Positions 9,826 through 18,704 of a DNA stretch of 64,000 nucleotides are shown here, piece after piece (the stretch's first letter is position 1; every line of letters begins with the position of its first letter). Below the pieces are notes generated by a model. That model was not told where the DNA came from. It saw only the letters and a list, made by a program, of their open reading frames with translations, and searched no databases. The DNA is from an uncultured Acidimicrobiia bacterium (GTDB lineage: Bacteria > Acidobacteriota > Terriglobia > Versatilivoradales > Versatilivoraceae), in assembly GCA_963786955.1 (NCBI GenBank), contig CAWBAT010000009.1, positions 224,001-288,000 on the forward strand. Direction: 5' to 3'. The position numbers were made by a program, and so were the translations under genes.

Positions 9826-9990
9826 TCAGATCGCCAACGGCTTACAGCCATAGGCCCGAGCGAGCTCGTTGATGCCGGTGCGGAGAGTGGCCCAGAGTCT
9901 GGCCACTTAAGATCCGTAATTCCCACGCACAACCGCCTGATTGATCTTTTGCCCATCGTCGATCACCTGCTCCACCTGGGCTTTCGTTGA
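9826..9990 (-). pseudogene. Degenerate fragment of a hypothetical gene
   Basis: Protein-like frame KAQVEQVIDDGQKINQAVVRGNYGS*VARLWATLRTGINELARAYGCKPLAI* with an internal stop and no start. Confidence 0.35.
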
Positions 9991-10156
9991 AATCCTCCCG
10001 GATGGTTTCCAGCTGACGCGCGCTCAAGTAAGGTCCCATTTTTTCCAGGAAGCTTTTTTCGTTCGGGCTTCTCCTAGCCGGGTGTGTTCGGCGCTTTTCA
10101 TTTATGGAATTCTTCCTTTCGCCAATCGCTTGGTTCATTTGGCTTGTTTGGCACCT

Positions 10157-11266
10157 CTATTGCGCCGGTATGGTGATCACCGGCAGTTTCTCGGGGCTAC
10201 CGGTTTCTGCCAGCGTGAAAAAGAACATGACGGCCGTGAGTGCGCGTTTGGTTTGCCAGTCGCCGTTGTCAACCCAGAACCAGTGGTCGCGGTAATGCAC
10301 GGCAACATACGCGGCCGCCGGCTTCTTCATGCCACTGTATATACGCCCGTTTTGCTGGCTGCCCGCTGCGGTGGGGACGTTTTCAAAGGCAGGCCACGCG
10401 CTGTGATCCTTCTGATGGGCCTCGGGCACGTCCACGCGGCTGGCGAAGGCCTGCATGATTTGCATCATAGAACGGCTGTTTACGCTGAGTTCATCGTCCG
10501 CCCCGCGAACCGGTGAATAGGTGAGCACGAACTTCTGCTGATCCGGAAGTAATTTGAGCAAGCGCCGGACCTCCGCCCCCTTTTCGGCGATGTCAGGGGG
10601 AACGTCGTCGCGCCGGAAGAACACCACGCCGGTTGAGCCTTTGACCTTGTCCACCTCGATGCGCATCCCGAACGCCCCGGCCGCCTGCGCTTCACGCAGC
10701 AACTCCAGCGCGCGGATAAACTCCGGGTCCGCCTCTCGAACCACACCGCCTACCGTCGAGCGGTTGCGCACACCGTTGAGCGACTCGACCGTTAGGCCCA
10801 GGATGAAGTCCGCCGCATAACCGGACTGAAGCAGGGTAAAAATTTTCTTCGGATCAATTGGCGCGATCAGCCCGTGCAAGAACTTTTCCCCCGTCATCGG
10901 CACGTAGGTGATGGTGGGACGTTCGGTGTAGACGGCTGATGCTCCCGCCCCCAGAAAGTTGCCTTGGGGCACCGTTTCAGAAGAGACAGCGCCGTTCACG
11001 TTGACTCCCGTTACCATGGAATAGCCACTGACGACAGATGACACGTCCACGAAAACCGGCAAGTCCAGGTAGCGCAACTTGATGATGTTGAGGAGGGTCT
11101 GCTGTTTCCACGAGTCAGCGATGGCCGTGCTGTAGTCGAAACGGTCCACGGCAACGGTTTTGGGGCCGAGGTGTACGCAACCGGTCAAAGCCACCGCGCC
11201 AACGAGTGCGACGGCAAAAAAGTTTTGTCTGCGGGTAGTTTTCATAGCCGTTTTAGACGCTCCCAT
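10157..11266 (-). CDS. Conserved hypothetical lipoprotein
   Basis: Lipobox ALTGC, LLNIIKLRYLDLPVF and ERPTITYVPMTGEKF; 369 aa. Confidence 0.75.
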   Translation of the reverse strand: MGASKTAMKTTRRQNFFAVALVGAVALTGCVHLGPKTVAVDRFDYSTAIADSWKQQTLLNIIKLRYLDLPVFVDVSSVVSGYSMVTGVNVNGAVSSETVPQGNFLGAGASAVYTERPTITYVPMTGEKFLHGLIAPIDPKKIFTLLQSGYAADFILGLTVESLNGVRNRSTVGGVVREADPEFIRALELLREAQAAGAFGMRIEVDKVKGSTGVVFFRRDDVPPDIAEKGAEVRRLLKLLPDQQKFVLTYSPVRGADDELSVNSRSMMQIMQAFASRVDVPEAHQKDHSAWPAFENVPTAAGSQQNGRIYSGMKKPAAAYVAVHYRDHWFWVDNGDWQTKRALTAVMFFFTLAETGSPEKLPVITIPAQ

Positions 11267-11289
11267 AACCGCGTGAAGGTTCAGTCGAC

Positions 11290-11510
11290 TCCAATGGACC
11301 TATGTCCGGCGGTTTTCCGGCAGTCGGTTTCGTTGCAGTGTTGTCCCGCTTGTTCATGCCTGTATTTTCAGGTGGGCTTCGGCCTGATTGAGATTACTGC
11401 CCATAGATTTCAGTTTTGGCCGCTCGGTCCCCAGATGGCCAATGCCCCACCACGAGCACCTAGAACGGGAAGACGGAGAGACCGGGGATCACATCTATGA
11501 AGCGGTACAT
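11290..11510 (-). pseudogene. Deletion-collapsed paralog of 14370-15935 (3' end of small membrane gene joined to 3' end of DUF2254 gene plus downstream DNA)
   Basis: 11290-11385 resembles 14375-14470 and 11402-11510 resembles 15833-15935. Confidence 0.7.
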
Positions 11511-11651
11511 AAAATTATCCTGAGGTGCACTGCGTTTCGTCGCGCACCCCAGGATTCAATCATTTTCCATATCCATTGCACCTCGTGATCCAAAACACCT
11601 GATCACCTGGCAGCCTCACCTGCGCAGGGTGACAAGCAAGGGCGTGAATGT

Positions 11652-12575
11652 CTATAGTCCGGCTACGGCTTTGTTCTGAAGTGTCCGGACCCGAACACGA
11701 CGATTCTCGGCCTCACTCTCTGCTGTCTTGTCCTTTCCTATCTGGCGACTCTCGCCCATCGCGGCCGGCGCCAACATGTTAGTCAGCGGAATACGACCCT
11801 GCTGTAATAGAATGTTGGTGACATTGTTGGCGCGTTCTTCGCTCAGCTTCTGGTTTAGGGAAACACTTCCGGATGCTGAAGCATACCCTTTGACTTCGAT
11901 CATGTAGCCGTTGAAGGTCTTGGCCTTTTCAGCCAAGGCCACCAGTTGAGGATTGTACTTGGGGTCCACGTTTACCTTGCCGTTCCCGAAATACACGGTC
12001 ACTTCGTCTAGGATGTAGTAATCGTCGAGCTGGCCGAATCGTGCGGTCGCCGCGGCAACCGCCGCTTTATTCGCGGCGATCTTCTTCTCCTGTTCGGTCA
12101 ACGCCGCCTGCTGTTCTTTTAGCGCTGCGTTCTGTGCCGCAAGGGCGGCATTCTGCTTTTCTAACTCCTCTTTATTTTGCTGGGCCTGCCGAGCCGTTTC
12201 GGCCACTCCAGCCTGAATGGCCTGGGCTTGTTCCAAATCGTTGCCCTTGAACCTTACTTTCGTCGCCACCAGCTGATTTTGCGCGTCGAAAGTCCCCTCT
12301 ACCTGAATGGGAAGCCCCGGAATGAGGGCCGCCATTGACATTTCCTTTTTGCGGGCTTTGAGTACGCCCTCTACCTGGGCAACATCAGTGCTGTCTGTCA
12401 GTAAGACAATGACCTTCGGCGAATCCGCCGTCTGTAGAATAATCTTCGCGCCACTTCGCCCTTTGATCACTCCTTCGATCTTGGTTTGGGCCAAGACCAT
12501 TGTGCTTGACAGTGCGACGAACATGAGCGTCAGGATCGTGATGGACATGATTTTAAGCGACTTGATACGAGTCAT
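11652..12575 (-). CDS. OmpA-like peptidoglycan-binding protein with N-terminal DUF5666-like domain and coiled coil
   Basis: Signal peptide, VKGYAS..G....NQKLSEERA and AENRRV. Confidence 0.85.
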   Translation of the reverse strand: MTRIKSLKIMSITILTLMFVALSSTMVLAQTKIEGVIKGRSGAKIILQTADSPKVIVLLTDSTDVAQVEGVLKARKKEMSMAALIPGLPIQVEGTFDAQNQLVATKVRFKGNDLEQAQAIQAGVAETARQAQQNKEELEKQNAALAAQNAALKEQQAALTEQEKKIAANKAAVAAATARFGQLDDYYILDEVTVYFGNGKVNVDPKYNPQLVALAEKAKTFNGYMIEVKGYASASGSVSLNQKLSEERANNVTNILLQQGRIPLTNMLAPAAMGESRQIGKDKTAESEAENRRVRVRTLQNKAVAGL

Positions 12576-12683
12576 AATGTTTCTCCTTTTATAATTTTGA
12601 ACGCAATCACAATGAAGAGCTGCTGCTGCAGCTCTTCACCAAGAAAAGTGCCAGCAAGACAGGATGGCGCCACGACGGCCGTA

Positions 12684-12899
12684 CACCGACTCAACAAAAA
12701 CTTCACTTACCAGCGCGACCAACACGGCGATAGCAGCCTGCGTGGCGAGGGCCAGACCCAGCGGCCACTGTGCCTCGCTGGCCTCCCCGGGTTCCGCACT
12801 GGCAAACTGCTCGCGGTGCGTTTTTTGCGAGAACAACATACCCAACCAGCAAGCGACGATGAGCAGTACCGCCAGACCAAGGCTTAACTTCTGTGTGAA
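12684..12899 (-). pseudogene. Internal fragment of a Ca2+/H+ antiporter (Cax/ChaA) gene
   Basis: LSLGLAVLLIVACWLGMLFSQKTHREQF...LVALVSEVFVESV resembles the Cax LFSLKTH loop and the following TM segment. Confidence 0.6.
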
Positions 12900-13062
12900 C
12901 ACCGCCACCACCGTACTAGACTGATGCACATCCAAACCAATATACTTCGGTTCCATAGGGCGTTTCCTCTTTAGTGGGCTTAGAGTCTCTGAGCAACTTC
13001 AAATTACCACGAGAAGGGGAAGAAGGTTTCAAGTGCTTTTTCCCAAAGCCATAATCTCTCGA
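12900..13062 (-). mobile_element. IS110-family remnant: left-end non-coding region plus the first 19 codons of the DEDD recombinase
   Basis: MEPKYIGLDVHQSSTVVAV (the GxDxH start of the RuvC-like domain), an AGAGGA RBS and about 105 nt of leader beginning GAGAGATTATGG. Confidence 0.7.
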
Positions 13063-13069
13063 CTGCAAA

Positions 13070-14167
13070 TTAGGACTCACCGTTTACGTGAGTCTCTCCG
13101 ACCGGACTCTCGGCGATTTCCTCGTGGAGCATCTTGCTGAGAGCGATGATCAACGCCACAACGACAGGGCCGACAAACAGGCCAAGGAATCCAAAAGCCT
13201 TAACACCCCCGAGCATCGCGATCATCATGACCAGGGCATTCGCCTGTATCTTTTTGCCGACAAAGAGCGGTCGAACCACACTGTCGAGTTGGCTGACAAC
13301 CCCCGCGCCAAGGCCCAATAAGATAAGACCTTTAACGACATGACCCGTAGCAAGCAGGTGGATGGCGACGGGTCCCCAGACCAGGCCAGTGCCGAAGATC
13401 GGGATGACCGAACAGAGTGCGGCGAAGACTCCAAGCAATGTGGCGGGCGAGACGCCCAGGACGGCCAGTGCCAACCCCGTCCCCAGACCTTGGGCCGCTC
13501 CAACCGCAAAAACGCCCTGAACGTTTGCGACCATACTGTCTTTCAGTGTCTGCAGCAGTCGCTTGGCTTGAGCTTCACTGAGCGGCAACAAGCGAAGCGT
13601 ATAGCTGACGATTTGATCGCCATCCCGCAGCAGCACGTAGATGGTGATCAGTCCGAGAAATAAATTGAGAATGGAACTGAACAGATTCCCCAGCACCATG
13701 CCGGCCGTGGGCAGAAGTCGTGCGCCAATCCCTTTTGCCTTTTCATGCATCTGGCCCTGAATATCGAAATTGGAGAGGTCGACATACTTGTTGAGCGAAA
13801 GCGTTGCTTGACTAATATGGCGGGTCAGGAATGAACCAAAGCCGCCTTCGGAGGCGCTCCTGGCACCGATTTCTTTAGCAATCTCTACCGCCTGCCTTGC
13901 GGCCAAGTTGAAGACAATCATTAAAGGAACGACAATCAGCAAGCACAGGAGGCCAGTGGAGATGAGTGCCGCAAGGCGAGGATTATGAATACGTCTCAGC
14001 AAACGGCGCTGAACGGGGTAGAAGACAGTCGCCAGAATGACGGAGTAGACTAGCATCGGCAGAAATGGGCGGCCGATGACATAGGCAACAAGCAGGGTGA
14101 TTCCCAACACCACTGTAAGGAAAAGAATCGCCTTTCGGCGGTTTTGCGGTGTGTGCTCGTGAATCAT
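13070..14167 (-). CDS. AI-2E family transporter
   Basis: Multi-TM, 365 aa; SVIPIFGTGLVW, DSVVRP and GGVKAFGFLGLFVGP. Confidence 0.88.
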   Translation of the reverse strand: MIHEHTPQNRRKAILFLTVVLGITLLVAYVIGRPFLPMLVYSVILATVFYPVQRRLLRRIHNPRLAALISTGLLCLLIVVPLMIVFNLAARQAVEIAKEIGARSASEGGFGSFLTRHISQATLSLNKYVDLSNFDIQGQMHEKAKGIGARLLPTAGMVLGNLFSSILNLFLGLITIYVLLRDGDQIVSYTLRLLPLSEAQAKRLLQTLKDSMVANVQGVFAVGAAQGLGTGLALAVLGVSPATLLGVFAALCSVIPIFGTGLVWGPVAIHLLATGHVVKGLILLGLGAGVVSQLDSVVRPLFVGKKIQANALVMMIAMLGGVKAFGFLGLFVGPVVVALIIALSKMLHEEIAESPVGETHVNGES

Positions 14168-14450
14168 CTGTTTCTCCTCTTAGAAAGCATGCGAGACACC
14201 CTATGGGAACACTCCAGATAAATAAAAGTCGCACAGCCTTCCTAGTTCGAGCCCTGCCAGGAGCTCGGCGGGTGGCACAAAGTCCACGAGCCTTGTCTCG
14301 TCACCTTCTCGACGAAGGCGAAACTGGATTGCTTTGCTTCGCCGTCGTTCCACGATGGGAGCGCATCAGCCATTCCACGCACCTCTGTCCCGCGGTTTTC
14401 CGGCAGTTGCTTTCACTGTGGTGTTCTCCTGCACTTTCGTGCCCGTCCTT

Positions 14451-15776
14451 TCAGGTGGCCTTCGGCCCGGCAATCGTGGACTTCAGATCGCTAGCCGAGG
14501 CCTTGCCCCCTAAATGTTTTCCACCCACACCCTGCAAATCACTGACGTCCGCCAGGGCCTGGTCTTCAGGCTCGGGAAAGGATCGTTCGACGGACCGGTT
14601 CAGCAGCGTCAGTTCACCGCGAAGGAGCGTCGTGCGCTCGGACGGCAAAGCCTCAATCAGGTTCTCCAGCATGGCGCGGAGGCGGCGGGCAACCTGGATG
14701 CTCATGCCGCCGAACTGACGGATTTCCGTAACCGCCAAGTAGACGAAGTCCTCCCAGTCGGGCGTCCGATAGACCAACCGCAGCGAACCTGACCGGTCGT
14801 AAGCCAGCCCTTCATCCAGATGCCGGCCGCCCACACTGCGCAAGAGGTGATGGATCTGGTCAATGGCCAGGACTGCGGTGGTCGGATCGTTAATTGCCGG
14901 GGAAAGCCCCTTGGAGGCGATATCCACGATGATCCGGAAGGCAAAAGCCGGATCCTGCTCCATGGTCCTTTCCTGGCCCAAAGCCAATGATTGACAGAGC
15001 GCACTGGCCGCTGGCCCGCCCTGGCCTCCAAAGATGCGGAACAGCGGGCTCCCGGCCGCCACAAAATCCCCTACCTGGGGCACCATCTCGACAACACACT
15101 CCGCCTCCCGGGCCAGGGCCACAAGCCCCTCGAGGTCGAAAGCCAAGACTACCCCGTACATCTGGCTCAAGACCGTACCGACAGGCTCTCCGGCGAGTGT
15201 GTTCACGGGACCCTGGGCGGTGGCCTGCGGCCCGGAGAGACGCCGGGGATAGACACTCCGGATCACCTCGTGCCCCACGCAGGCCACGGCCTGCAAGGCC
15301 CCGCTCGGACGCAGCGTCTTGCCCACATGATCGATGAGAAACAGGAAAACGCCTATGCTGAACAGGCAAAGGTAGGCGGCTACGTGTGCCGTTATCGCTG
15401 GCACAGTGGTGTGGATTCGCAAGAGGACGGCCAGCGTAAAGGTGAAGGTGAAAGTAAACAGGGTCAAGGTGAACCGGGTCACCGGATCCCGGAATACGAC
15501 CCCGATGATCCGCGGGCTGAGTTGAGCGCTGGCCAGTTGCATCACGAGCAGCAGTGAGGAAGAAAGGAATACGATGAAGGTCAACATGGACCCTGCCAAG
15601 GCGCCGAACACGGTTAGAGTAGCGGCTGGGTCTAATCCGACTTGCCAGCCGACGCGCAACTCGACCCAGTGAAGAAACCGGACCGACACCATCGCGACCA
15701 CCATCCCGAGCGCCGGAAAAATCCAGATCGAATTCCGGAGAAATTGCCGTAATTTGTAGCGCTGAATCCAGCTCAT
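14451..15776 (-). CDS. DUF2254 family membrane protein
   Basis: QLASAQLSPR, VPQVGDFV, QDPAFAFRIIVDIASKGLSPAINDPTTA. Confidence 0.85.
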   Translation of the reverse strand: MSWIQRYKLRQFLRNSIWIFPALGMVVAMVSVRFLHWVELRVGWQVGLDPAATLTVFGALAGSMLTFIVFLSSSLLLVMQLASAQLSPRIIGVVFRDPVTRFTLTLFTFTFTFTLAVLLRIHTTVPAITAHVAAYLCLFSIGVFLFLIDHVGKTLRPSGALQAVACVGHEVIRSVYPRRLSGPQATAQGPVNTLAGEPVGTVLSQMYGVVLAFDLEGLVALAREAECVVEMVPQVGDFVAAGSPLFRIFGGQGGPAASALCQSLALGQERTMEQDPAFAFRIIVDIASKGLSPAINDPTTAVLAIDQIHHLLRSVGGRHLDEGLAYDRSGSLRLVYRTPDWEDFVYLAVTEIRQFGGMSIQVARRLRAMLENLIEALPSERTTLLRGELTLLNRSVERSFPEPEDQALADVSDLQGVGGKHLGGKASASDLKSTIAGPKAT

Positions 15777-15817
15777 GGAATTAGTTTCCCGTGTTGGAAC
15801 TACATAGTCTTAAGACC

Positions 15818-16126
15818 TTACCCTTCAATGTGCATAGATTTCAGTGTTGGCCGCGCGGTCCCCCAGATGGCCACTGCCCCCACCACGAGCACCCAGAACG
15901 GGAAGACGGAGAGGCCGGGGATCGCCTCCATGACGAGGCCAGGTAACAAAATCCATTGCCAGCCAAGCACCACGAACAGCAAGATGGCTGTCGCCAGATC
16001 GGCCGCCCACTGCACCGGCGGCGTGAACGTCAAAAAGAGCGAAAGCCCATCCGCAAGCGCGGCCAGCGCGAAGGCCAGGGCCAGCGTTCTATTGGGGAAG
16101 CGGGGGTGGGGCTGAGGCTTGCTTAT
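15818..16126 (-). CDS. Small membrane hypothetical protein; start codon reads ATA
   Basis: The frame is open from ATA at 16126, 7 nt after AAGGAG, and is homologous to 7132-7419 upstream of the track start at 16033. Confidence 0.6.
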   Translation of the reverse strand: MSKPQPHPRFPNRTLALAFALAALADGLSLFLTFTPPVQWAADLATAILLFVVLGWQWILLPGLVMEAIPGLSVFPFWVLVVGAVAIWGTARPTLKSMHIEG

Positions 16127-16160
16127 GGAAAATCTCCTTCTTCAGGCTAGTAATCTCACG

Positions 16161-16197
16161 CATCACCGGACCGGCGGTGATGGCGGCTTCGTAAAAG
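16161..16197 (-). promoter_or_regulatory. Repeated leader hairpin motif, copy 1
   Basis: CATCACCG-CCGGTC-CGGTGATG hairpin 35 nt before a start codon; also at 18484 and 27040. Confidence 0.6.
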
Positions 16198-16207
16198 GCC
16201 AGGGCTC

Positions 16208-17044
16208 TCAGCTCCAGGTGACATCGAGTGGCTTCCTCGTGGGAATCCGGTGGTACTGCTCAGCCGGGTAACCGAGCAAGCAGGTGCCATGCGGTATGTA
16301 GCCTTCCGGGATCCCGAGCAGCTTGAGCAGGGGCGGGTAGCCCTGGCCGGCCGTGTTGATACTGCCGGTAAACGTGGTCCCCAGACCGAGTGCGGGTGCC
16401 GCAGTTTGAATCTGGGCTATGGCAATCATGGCCGCTGGCGGGGCCGTCCGCTCATCTTTCGGGGCGCAGGCCATGATGATGCACGGCGCTCCCCGGGCAA
16501 TGCGATCCTTGCCCCCGTCCCACGCGGCGACAAACGTCTCCAGGTTGGCCTCCTGGTAGAGCGCGGGATTCTTTTCCTTCACGATTTTCATCCAGTCGAT
16601 GGTCATCCCGGCGACCTGATGAACCTTCGCCAGATCGTTGACCACGATCCAGCGTATCACCTGGCGGTTCGCTCCGTTAGGCGCCCACCGCGCCACATCC
16701 AACAACTGCAGGACCTTTTCTTTTTCCACGGGTTTCTGGATGTAGCCACGGATGGAACGCCGCATCTTCAGGTACTGCTGCACCCGGTCCCATTTGGGGA
16801 TCAGGTGAATATCGATCGGCTCGCAATCCTCCGGGCCCATCGAGCGCTGGTGCATGGCCTCAGTAGGACAGATGGCCACGCAATGCCCGCAATCAATGCA
16901 GAGGTCCCACCCCTTTTCGATGTGAACGGGAAAATCCTTTTTGGTAATCAGACCACCCGGGCAGGCCCGGATGCAACTGCCGCAGTGGATGCACAGCATC
17001 TCATCCACCTTGATCATGATGTCCATTTTGTAGGTGCTACCCAT
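16208..17044 (-). CDS. Nitroreductase family protein with N-terminal 2x[4Fe-4S] ferredoxin domain
   Basis: CIHCGSCIRACP, CIDCGHCVAICP, RRSIRGY, APNGANRQ and LLGYP. Confidence 0.92.
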   Translation of the reverse strand: MGSTYKMDIMIKVDEMLCIHCGSCIRACPGGLITKKDFPVHIEKGWDLCIDCGHCVAICPTEAMHQRSMGPEDCEPIDIHLIPKWDRVQQYLKMRRSIRGYIQKPVEKEKVLQLLDVARWAPNGANRQVIRWIVVNDLAKVHQVAGMTIDWMKIVKEKNPALYQEANLETFVAAWDGGKDRIARGAPCIIMACAPKDERTAPPAAMIAIAQIQTAAPALGLGTTFTGSINTAGQGYPPLLKLLGIPEGYIPHGTCLLGYPAEQYHRIPTRKPLDVTWS

Positions 17045-17203
17045 ATTCTTTCCTCCTGTTGGTTTCGGAGGGGACTCTTTTTCGTTATCATGTTGCGCCT
17101 GCCACGCCGTCGGAATGGCCTATCGCTGACGCCCACGCATCATTTCTTCCCGGCGAGGTTCCCGCTAGCATAGCCGCAAGCTCTGCGCTGCGCTTCCTCC
17201 CGA

Positions 17204-18448
17204 CTACCCGAGCCTTTTCGTATTCGCCAGCGGCGCAGCTGTTTCAGGAAGCTTGGCAGTGGTTCTTTTCTTCCATTCTTCTTCCAGTAGTTCTCTGGCC
17301 GCCTTTTCAAGGAACTCCGGCGCAGCCCACTTATACACATCAAAATCGTTCTTTATGTAGCCGTGGCTCAGCATGAAGTTCTTCCCGATCTCCACGGAGG
17401 CCAGATTCAGGGGAGACAGGTTGGGCACCATGTCAACATCCTTGATGCCCCGGTACGTATCCTCGACGTCAAGATAGTAGGTCTGCTTGTCGAGGATTGC
17501 GGCCGCGGCGTGCTTGTGTTCGTTGGCCCAGCGCCCGACCTTGATCATGCCCTTCATGAACGTGACGGCGAGCTCGGGGTGCTTCTCGGCCATCGCGTCG
17601 GTACAGGTGATGGCAGCCGGGATGTTGGCCACTTGGAGGCGCCAATCCGGACGCTTGGATAAATCCTCGATTATGGCGAACTTGCCTGTTGCCTCTGAGA
17701 GCACACTTAAGACTTTGCTTTGGCTGTACATCGCGTCGATGACGCCCTTTTCCAGTGCGGTCTCCAGCGGACGGAAGGCCAGGTCGTGCTTGTGGTCACG
17801 CTTGAGCTGCCATTCCGATGGGTTCTCAATGGGCGTCAGCATCTTCGGATCGTTGTACCAGTCATCCGCGTAGGGGAACTCCACGATCTGGACGTCGTCC
17901 ATGGTCATGCCGTTCATCCGGAGCATCAGTTCGATACCTTGGTGCTCCTGGATGCGCCACCAGTCGTTCTTGATCTTGTTCAGGCTCTTGGAAAGGCCGA
18001 TCTTCTTGCCTTTCAGATCCTGCATCCGATAGATGTTGTCCTTGGCGCGCACCAGCAGGACACCGCCTTCGTGCGGCACGTGCGTCACGCCCAGAAGCCT
18101 AGTCCTGCGGATGTCGGCATGAACCTGTATCGGGGGGAAAAGGCCTCCGAAGCGAATGAGGTTGTCTAGGTTGTGGATGTAGTGCGGGTACCAGTCGTTG
18201 TCAGGGGAGGAGCGGAAATAAGCGTACTTGACGCCGATCTTCTTGTATTCCTCATTGGTCCAGCCGAGTTCCTGGTCGACATTGCTGGCGGACACGAGAG
18301 GGCAATTGGTGTAGTACACCTCTTTCCAATTCAACTTTACCGTGTTCAATTTTGTATTTGCGAACGTTGTCTCTTTGACTTTCGTCTTTGAGAGTTCCCC
18401 CGGAGAACACGCCGTCGGATCTCCGCTCTTTCTTGTTTTGTCAGCCAT
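17204..18448 (-). CDS. DszB-like protein (periplasmic-binding-protein fold; possible desulfinase)
   Basis: YYTNCP, PHYIHNLDNLIRFGGLFPP, RTRLLGVT and DLKGKKIG. No signal peptide and no adjacent permease or ATPase. Confidence 0.7.
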   Translation of the reverse strand: MADKTRKSGDPTACSPGELSKTKVKETTFANTKLNTVKLNWKEVYYTNCPLVSASNVDQELGWTNEEYKKIGVKYAYFRSSPDNDWYPHYIHNLDNLIRFGGLFPPIQVHADIRRTRLLGVTHVPHEGGVLLVRAKDNIYRMQDLKGKKIGLSKSLNKIKNDWWRIQEHQGIELMLRMNGMTMDDVQIVEFPYADDWYNDPKMLTPIENPSEWQLKRDHKHDLAFRPLETALEKGVIDAMYSQSKVLSVLSEATGKFAIIEDLSKRPDWRLQVANIPAAITCTDAMAEKHPELAVTFMKGMIKVGRWANEHKHAAAAILDKQTYYLDVEDTYRGIKDVDMVPNLSPLNLASVEIGKNFMLSHGYIKNDFDVYKWAAPEFLEKAARELLEEEWKKRTTAKLPETAAPLANTKRLG

Positions 18449-18483
18449 GATTGCATCTCTCCTTTAATTTTAATGTGATTTCT

Positions 18484-18520
18484 CATCACCGGACCGGCGG
18501 TGATGGCGATTTGTTAAAAG
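18484..18520 (-). promoter_or_regulatory. Repeated leader hairpin motif, copy 2
   Basis: CTTTTAACAAATCGC-CATCACCG-CCGGTC-CGGTGATG, 36 nt before the ATG at 18448. Confidence 0.6.
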
Positions 18521-18704
18521 TCTGCACCATTCTGCTGAATGGACTTCAGATTCCTGTTTTGGCCTCCTTCTCTGCTTCACCCTGCGGATTTCTCCTATCT
18601 TTGGGCTTCGAGCGTGCGCCGTGCCAGATCGGGATTGATGCTGGACACGGCATCGTATTGGGTCAGGTGGACCTGGCCGGTGAGTCAGGTTCCGCAGTCG
18701 CGCT

